Source of the DNA: a virus
Taxonomy: Duplodnaviria; Caudoviricetes
Length of the DNA: 64,000 bases
Virus record (IMG/VR): IMGVR_UViG_3300025078_000002
Location: 1 to 64,000 of that record
Strand: one strand, 5' to 3'
Below the pieces are notes generated by a model that made no database searches, was not told the origin of the DNA, and was given only the letters and a program-made list of their open reading frames with translations. The stretch's first letter is position 1, and each line of letters opens with the position of its first letter. The translations under genes and the position numbers were made by a program. This document shows positions 64,000 through 64,000 of the stretch, in pieces.

Positions 64000-64000
64000 A

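Noticed and set aside
1-64000. tRNA genes, CRISPR arrays or stop-codon reassignment
   Set aside because: No cloverleaf or repeat-spacer pattern was seen by eye (tRNAscan not run). Coding density is high with the standard code, and the only in-frame stop of note (22018) is explained by a split intein.

Overview
AT-rich window from a large tailed (jumbo-type) bacteriophage genome; no tRNA, rRNA or CRISPR array recognised. Replication and nucleotide genes include a gp41/DnaB helicase 3' end, dUTPase, class II RNR, two ThyX-family genes, an all-alpha dNTP pyrophosphatase, a deoxyribosyltransferase, TK, dCMP deaminase, a dNMP-kinase/dCMP-hydroxymethylase-like fusion and a 5'-3' exonuclease. Host-type genes include ClpP, SOD, GroEL and an RpoD-like sigma. 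About 20 unknown or cargo proteins carry an N-terminal leader ending in [L/I/F]-x-E, as expected for prohead-protease-processed virion proteins. Main finding: the DnaE polymerase is encoded in four ORFs joined by three split inteins (about 1191 aa after trans-splicing). Two splits hold free-standing Vsr/DUF559-like endonuclease genes; the third is a single in-frame TAA plus a new RBS. Also notable: RBS-masking hairpins with an embedded ATA[CG]TTA before all three endonuclease genes; a sigma factor whose region 4.2 HTH appears to be a separate ORF; a recurring TGTAAA-N16-TATAAT promoter; two tandem duplications carrying synonymously diverged orphan gene tails; a likely cytosine-modification pathway; an aerolysin-like lipoprotein. 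All family assignments are from motif recognition by eye, not database searches.
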